Notes under the pieces: generated by a model | What the model was told of the DNA's origin: nothing | Database searches by the model: none | What the model saw: the letters and a program-made list of their open reading frames with translations, nothing else | Position numbers and translations under genes: made by a program | Assembly (NCBI GenBank): GCA_031431925.1 | Contig: JANPEL010000298.1 | Span: forward strand, 1-58,103 | Direction: 5' to 3' | Length of the DNA: 58,103 nucleotides | From: Gemmatimonadota bacterium | Lineage (GTDB): Bacteria > Gemmatimonadota > Gemmatimonadetes > Gemmatimonadales > GWC2-71-9 | In this document: piece after piece, positions 54,531 through 58,103 of the stretch | Layout: each line of letters begins with the position of its first letter | How positions within the stretch are numbered: the stretch's first letter is position 1

Positions 54531-56393
54531 ATGAACCCTGACCGTTGGCTCCGTTCCGCCACCCTGATCCTTGCGGTGGTGGCCGCCCCAACCTCCGGCC
54601 ACGCGCAGTCGGCCGCCGGACCTGATACCGGCTACTTCCGCACCCACTATCAGAAGCGCGAAGTCATGATTTCGATGCGGGACGGGGTCAAGTTGTTTAC
54701 CGCGATCTATGCCCCACGGGATCCGGCCCGGCCCGCGCCGATCTTACTGACCCGCACGCCATACAGTGCCGCCCCGTACGGACCGGCCAGCTATCCCCGG
54801 TTCATCGGCCCGGGTCCCGGCTTTGCAGCGGCCCGCTGGGTCTTCGTGACCCAAGACGTGCGGGGCCGCTACCGCTCCGAAGGCCACTTCGTGCATATGA
54901 CGCCGCACCGGTCCGACAAACGGGGTCCCGCCGACGTCGATGAGAGCACCGATACGTACGACACGATTGACTGGTTGATCAAGAACGTGCCGGGTAACAA
55001 CGGCCGGGTCGGTCTCTGGGGGATTTCGTACGGCGGGTTCTTTGCCGCGGCCGGGTCGATCGCGGCCCACCCCGCGCTCAAGGCCGTCTCACCGCAGGCA
55101 CCCCAGACCGATTGGTTCCTGGGCGACGATACCCACCACAACGGCGCTTTCTTCCTGACCTCGACGTTCAACTTCATGGCCGCGTGTGGCCGGCGGGGAA
55201 CCGGTACCTCGATGTCATGCGGTCAGCCGTTCGATTTCGGCACCACCGACGGCTACCAGTTCTTCTTGAACCTCGGCCCGCTCGCCAACGCCGAAACCAA
55301 GTACTTCAAGGGCGAGGTCCCCGGCTGGACCGAAATGATGGAGCATGGCACCTACGACTCGCTCTGGCAGTCGCGGAACATCCTCCGGCATGTCAAGAAC
55401 ATCACGCCGGCGGTCCTGACGGTCGGTGGGTTGTACGACGCCAACAACTACTACGGGGCGCTCCGCCTGTTCGAAGCGATCGAGCGCCAGAGTCCAGCCA
55501 CCGACAACGCGATCGTGATCGGCCCGTGGTATCACGGGCAATGGGCCCGCGACCCCGGGGCGGCGGTCGGTCAACTGGCGTTTGGCGCCAACACCTCGGA
55601 GGAGTACCAGAACAACATCCTCCGCCCGTTCTTCGACGCCCATCTCCTGGGCACCGGGCAGGCCAAGCATCCCAAGGCGTACGTCTTCGAGACCGGGACC
55701 AATCGGTGGAGGACCTTCGACACCTGGCCCCCGAAGGACGCCGCGGCCCGGTCCATCTATCTCGGCGCCGGGAAGACGCTGTCGTTCGAGGCGCCCCGGC
55801 CAACCGCCGGTGCCCCGTTCGAGGAATGGGTCACCGACCCCTCGAAACCGGTGTCTTTCGTCCCGGGCCTGAGCACCGACATGGACCCTGACTACATGGC
55901 CCAGGACCAGCGCTTCGGGGACGGCCGGGCCGATGTTGTCACCTACCGCGGCAACGTCCTCACCGAGGACCTGACCGTCTCGGGTCCGGTGAGCCCAACC
56001 CTCTTCGTTTCGAGCACCGGTACCGACGGCGACTGGGTTGTTAAATTGATCGACGTCCACCCGGATGGGTTCCAGGAGTTGGTTCGGGGCGATGTGGTCC
56101 GGGCCAAGTTTCGAACGAGTTTCGAGCATCCGGAGCCGCTGGTCCCGGGGCAGGTAACTCAGCTCGACTTCGTGATGCCCGACGTGATGCACACCTTCCG
56201 GCGCGGTCACCGGCTGTTGGTGCAAGTGCAGGGAAGTTGGTTTCCGCTGGTGGACCGGAATCCGCAGACCTTCGTCGATATCTATCGGGCCAAGGAGTCT
56301 GATTTCCGGACCGCAAGCCAGCGGGTGTACCGGACGCCAACCGAGAGTTCCCGGATCGTCGTGAATGTTCTGCCGTCGCGGCCAGTTCCTTAA
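54531..56393 (+). CDS. Secreted CocE/NonD-family hydrolase (S15 X-Pro dipeptidyl-peptidase-like)
   Basis: 620 aa with a signal peptide. Motifs: LTRTPY, GLWGISYGG (nucleophile elbow GxSxG), and a C-terminal jelly-roll region. Confidence 0.85.
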   Translation: MNPDRWLRSATLILAVVAAPTSGHAQSAAGPDTGYFRTHYQKREVMISMRDGVKLFTAIYAPRDPARPAPILLTRTPYSAAPYGPASYPRFIGPGPGFAAARWVFVTQDVRGRYRSEGHFVHMTPHRSDKRGPADVDESTDTYDTIDWLIKNVPGNNGRVGLWGISYGGFFAAAGSIAAHPALKAVSPQAPQTDWFLGDDTHHNGAFFLTSTFNFMAACGRRGTGTSMSCGQPFDFGTTDGYQFFLNLGPLANAETKYFKGEVPGWTEMMEHGTYDSLWQSRNILRHVKNITPAVLTVGGLYDANNYYGALRLFEAIERQSPATDNAIVIGPWYHGQWARDPGAAVGQLAFGANTSEEYQNNILRPFFDAHLLGTGQAKHPKAYVFETGTNRWRTFDTWPPKDAAARSIYLGAGKTLSFEAPRPTAGAPFEEWVTDPSKPVSFVPGLSTDMDPDYMAQDQRFGDGRADVVTYRGNVLTEDLTVSGPVSPTLFVSSTGTDGDWVVKLIDVHPDGFQELVRGDVVRAKFRTSFEHPEPLVPGQVTQLDFVMPDVMHTFRRGHRLLVQVQGSWFPLVDRNPQTFVDIYRAKESDFRTASQRVYRTPTESSRIVVNVLPSRPVP

Positions 56394-56403
56394 AGGAGGG
56401 AGC

Positions 56404-57399
56404 ATGAGCGTCAGGATGCAATGCGTCGTCGCCCTTGCCGTGCTGGCGATCGGGTGCGCCGGCCAGTCCAAGTCAGACGCCGTCGTCGCCGATTCGGCTG
56501 TCGTCGCGGCCCCCGCGCTTCCGGCCGGGGACGCAGTCCTTCCGGTGCCGGGCGGGCAGGTGTGGTATCGCAGAACGGGCACCGGCGCCGGGACCCCGGT
56601 CATTCTTCTCCACGGCGGGCCGGGCTACTCGAGCTACTATCTCAAGTTGTTCGAGAAGCTCGGTGACGACCGCCCCGTGGTCCGGTACGACCAGAGCGGC
56701 TCTGGAAAATCCGGGACCTTGACCGACACCACCAAGATGAACGTGGCCCGGTTCGTGGCCGAGCTCGATTCGCTTCGGAGTCATCTCGGATTCGAGAAAG
56801 TCCACATTCTGGGCCACTCGTGGGGCACCATCCTTGGCTTCGAGTACTATCGGGCCCATCCCGGGCGGGTCGCGAGTCTGACGCTGGCCAGCCCCGCCCT
56901 CGATTTTCCAGCGTGGGCCAAGAACGCCAAAGACCTGCTCACGACGATTTCCGATTCCGGGCAGCGGGCCGTCGCCGACGCGGAAAAGAGCGGGAACTAT
57001 GCGACGCCGGCCTACGAAGCGGCCAATGGAGAATTCTGGGCCAAGTATGTGATGCGGAGTTCGCCCGCACCGGTCCAGGCCGACCTCGACAGCCTCCTGG
57101 CCCAGGTCAACCTCGCCACCTATGGCTACATGCAAGGTCCCAGCGAGTTCACCATCGTCGGCACGCTCAAAGACTACGACGCCACCCCGCACTTCAAGAG
57201 CGTGACGGTGCCGGTGTTGTTTACGGTGGGCGAGTTCGACGAGGCCAACCCGAAACTGGTTCGGCAGCAGGCGGCGATGGTCCCCGGCGCGAAGGTCGAG
57301 GTCCTCAAGGGCGCTGCGCACGTCACCCCCTGGGATGCGCCCGATCAGAATCTTGCCGTCGTGCGAGAGTTCCTGCGCTCCGCCGATCGGCCGAAATAG
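56404..57399 (+). CDS. Prolyl aminopeptidase-family alpha/beta hydrolase lipoprotein
   Basis: 331 aa from ATG at 56404, preceded by AAAGGAGGG. Lipobox LAIGC. Motifs: HGGPG and GHSWG nucleophile elbow. Confidence 0.85.
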   Translation: MSVRMQCVVALAVLAIGCAGQSKSDAVVADSAVVAAPALPAGDAVLPVPGGQVWYRRTGTGAGTPVILLHGGPGYSSYYLKLFEKLGDDRPVVRYDQSGSGKSGTLTDTTKMNVARFVAELDSLRSHLGFEKVHILGHSWGTILGFEYYRAHPGRVASLTLASPALDFPAWAKNAKDLLTTISDSGQRAVADAEKSGNYATPAYEAANGEFWAKYVMRSSPAPVQADLDSLLAQVNLATYGYMQGPSEFTIVGTLKDYDATPHFKSVTVPVLFTVGEFDEANPKLVRQQAAMVPGAKVEVLKGAAHVTPWDAPDQNLAVVREFLRSADRPK

Positions 57400-57410
57400 C
57401 CGCGCAGTCC

Positions 57411-58103
57411 ATGGGATCGGCCTCGGAGCAACTGACCGCCGCCTTCGCCGGCCGGTACCGGATCGAGCGGGTGCTCGGCGTCGGCGGGATGGCCACGGTC
57501 TACGCGGCCCGCGACGCCAAGCACGACCGGACGGTGGCCCTCAAGATCCTCCACCCCGAAATCGCCGCCGTGGTGGGGGAGCGGTTTCTCCGGGAAGTCC
57601 GGGTCACGGCCCAATTCTCCCACCCCGGTATCCTGGGCCTGATCGACTCGGGCACGGTCGAGGTCGACCAGGTCTCACTCCCCTATTACGTCATGCCGGT
57701 GGTGGAGGGCGAATCGCTCCGGGAGCGCCTCGGCCGGGAACGAGTCCTTCCGGTGGCCACCGCCGTCTCCATTGTCCGCCAAGTTGCGCTCGCGTTGGCC
57801 TATGCTCACGACCGCGGCGTGGTTCACCGCGACATCAAACCGGAGAACGTCTTGCTGGTCGGTGATCATGCGGTGGTCGCTGATTTCGGGATTGCCAAGG
57901 CCGTGACCGAAGCCACCGGGGCAACGCTCACCGCCCAAGGCAGTCAGATCGGGACTCCGTCCTATATGAGCCCCGAGCAAGCCTCCGGCGAGGAGGAGGT
58001 CGGGCCTCGGTCGGACATCTTCTCGCTCGGCGTGGTGTTGTACGAGTTGCTCGACGGCGAGCTCCCGTTCGGGGGTACCACTGTCCAGAGCCAGATATAC
58101 AGC
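57411..58103 (+). CDS. Ser/Thr protein kinase, partial (N-terminal kinase domain; runs off the window)
   Basis: Not in the ORF track (no stop). Own translation from ATG at 57411: MGSASEQLTAAFAGRYRIERVLGVGGMATVYAARDAKHDRTVALKIL...HRDIKPENVLL...ADFGIAK...SYMSPEQ. Paralogous to the kinase at 768..3407. Confidence 0.85.
   Translation, partial: MGSASEQLTAAFAGRYRIERVLGVGGMATVYAARDAKHDRTVALKILHPEIAAVVGERFLREVRVTAQFSHPGILGLIDSGTVEVDQVSLPYYVMPVVEGESLRERLGRERVLPVATAVSIVRQVALALAYAHDRGVVHRDIKPENVLLVGDHAVVADFGIAKAVTEATGATLTAQGSQIGTPSYMSPEQASGEEEVGPRSDIFSLGVVLYELLDGELPFGGTTVQSQIYS

Noticed and set aside
1-58103. tRNA, rRNA, CRISPR arrays, transposases/integrases, prophage genes
   Set aside because: No intergenic gap is longer than about 160 nt apart from the pseudogene region. 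I saw no cloverleaf-like sequences, no regularly spaced direct repeats and no recombinase-like ORFs.

Overview
High-GC (roughly two-thirds G+C by eye), densely coding bacterial chromosomal segment with about 52 protein genes. I found no rRNA, tRNA, CRISPR array, transposase or integrase. The protein repertoire (Ser/Thr kinases fused to PD40/TolB-like propellers, many secreted beta-propeller and hydrolase proteins) suggests a Gemmatimonadota/Acidobacteriota-type soil bacterium, but that is only an impression.

Main blocks:
(1) 1-5155: partial O-methyltransferase, a kinase, a small two-gene nucleotidyltransferase pair and an NHL-repeat protein.
(2) 5181-6548: cystathionine beta-synthase.
(3) 6545-19453, minus strand: a 14-gene, about 12.9-kb array with no gap over 13 nt. 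It joins a complete homoprotocatechuate meta-cleavage set (hpaD/E/F/G/G/H) to an apparent upstream route (aminotransferase, ThDP enzyme, aldehyde dehydrogenase, FAD monooxygenase), a MarR regulator and an unexplained P-loop/HD gene pair.
(4) 20158-29137, minus strand: envelope/secreted cluster (DUF5916-like, SRPBCC, aminotransferase, TPR, sulfatase, SBP56-like, Tat-SDR).
(5) 31326-36783: cysQ / cysD-cysNC-SLC13, a PAPS synthesis cluster.
(6) 36808-45503: PD40-amidohydrolase, then a redox neighbourhood and two propeller proteins.
(7) 45585-57399: Fic, then a hydrolase/peptidase-rich stretch, a membrane-tethered LuxR regulator and an MFS pump.
(8) 57411-58103: second kinase, partial.

Most notable observations:
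- A redoxin gene at 40220-40819 is split in the ORF track by a single in-frame TGA. That TGA sits exactly at the first Cys of the W-C-x-x-C active site and has a hairpin just downstream. This makes it a candidate UxxC selenoprotein.
- The heptamer CGTTAGG/CCTAACG is strongly over-represented across the window, in several reading frames and in non-coding DNA.

Start codons were re-chosen by hand in many cases, using 4-nt ATGA/GTGA overlaps, SD sequences and signal peptides. They are less certain than the stops.
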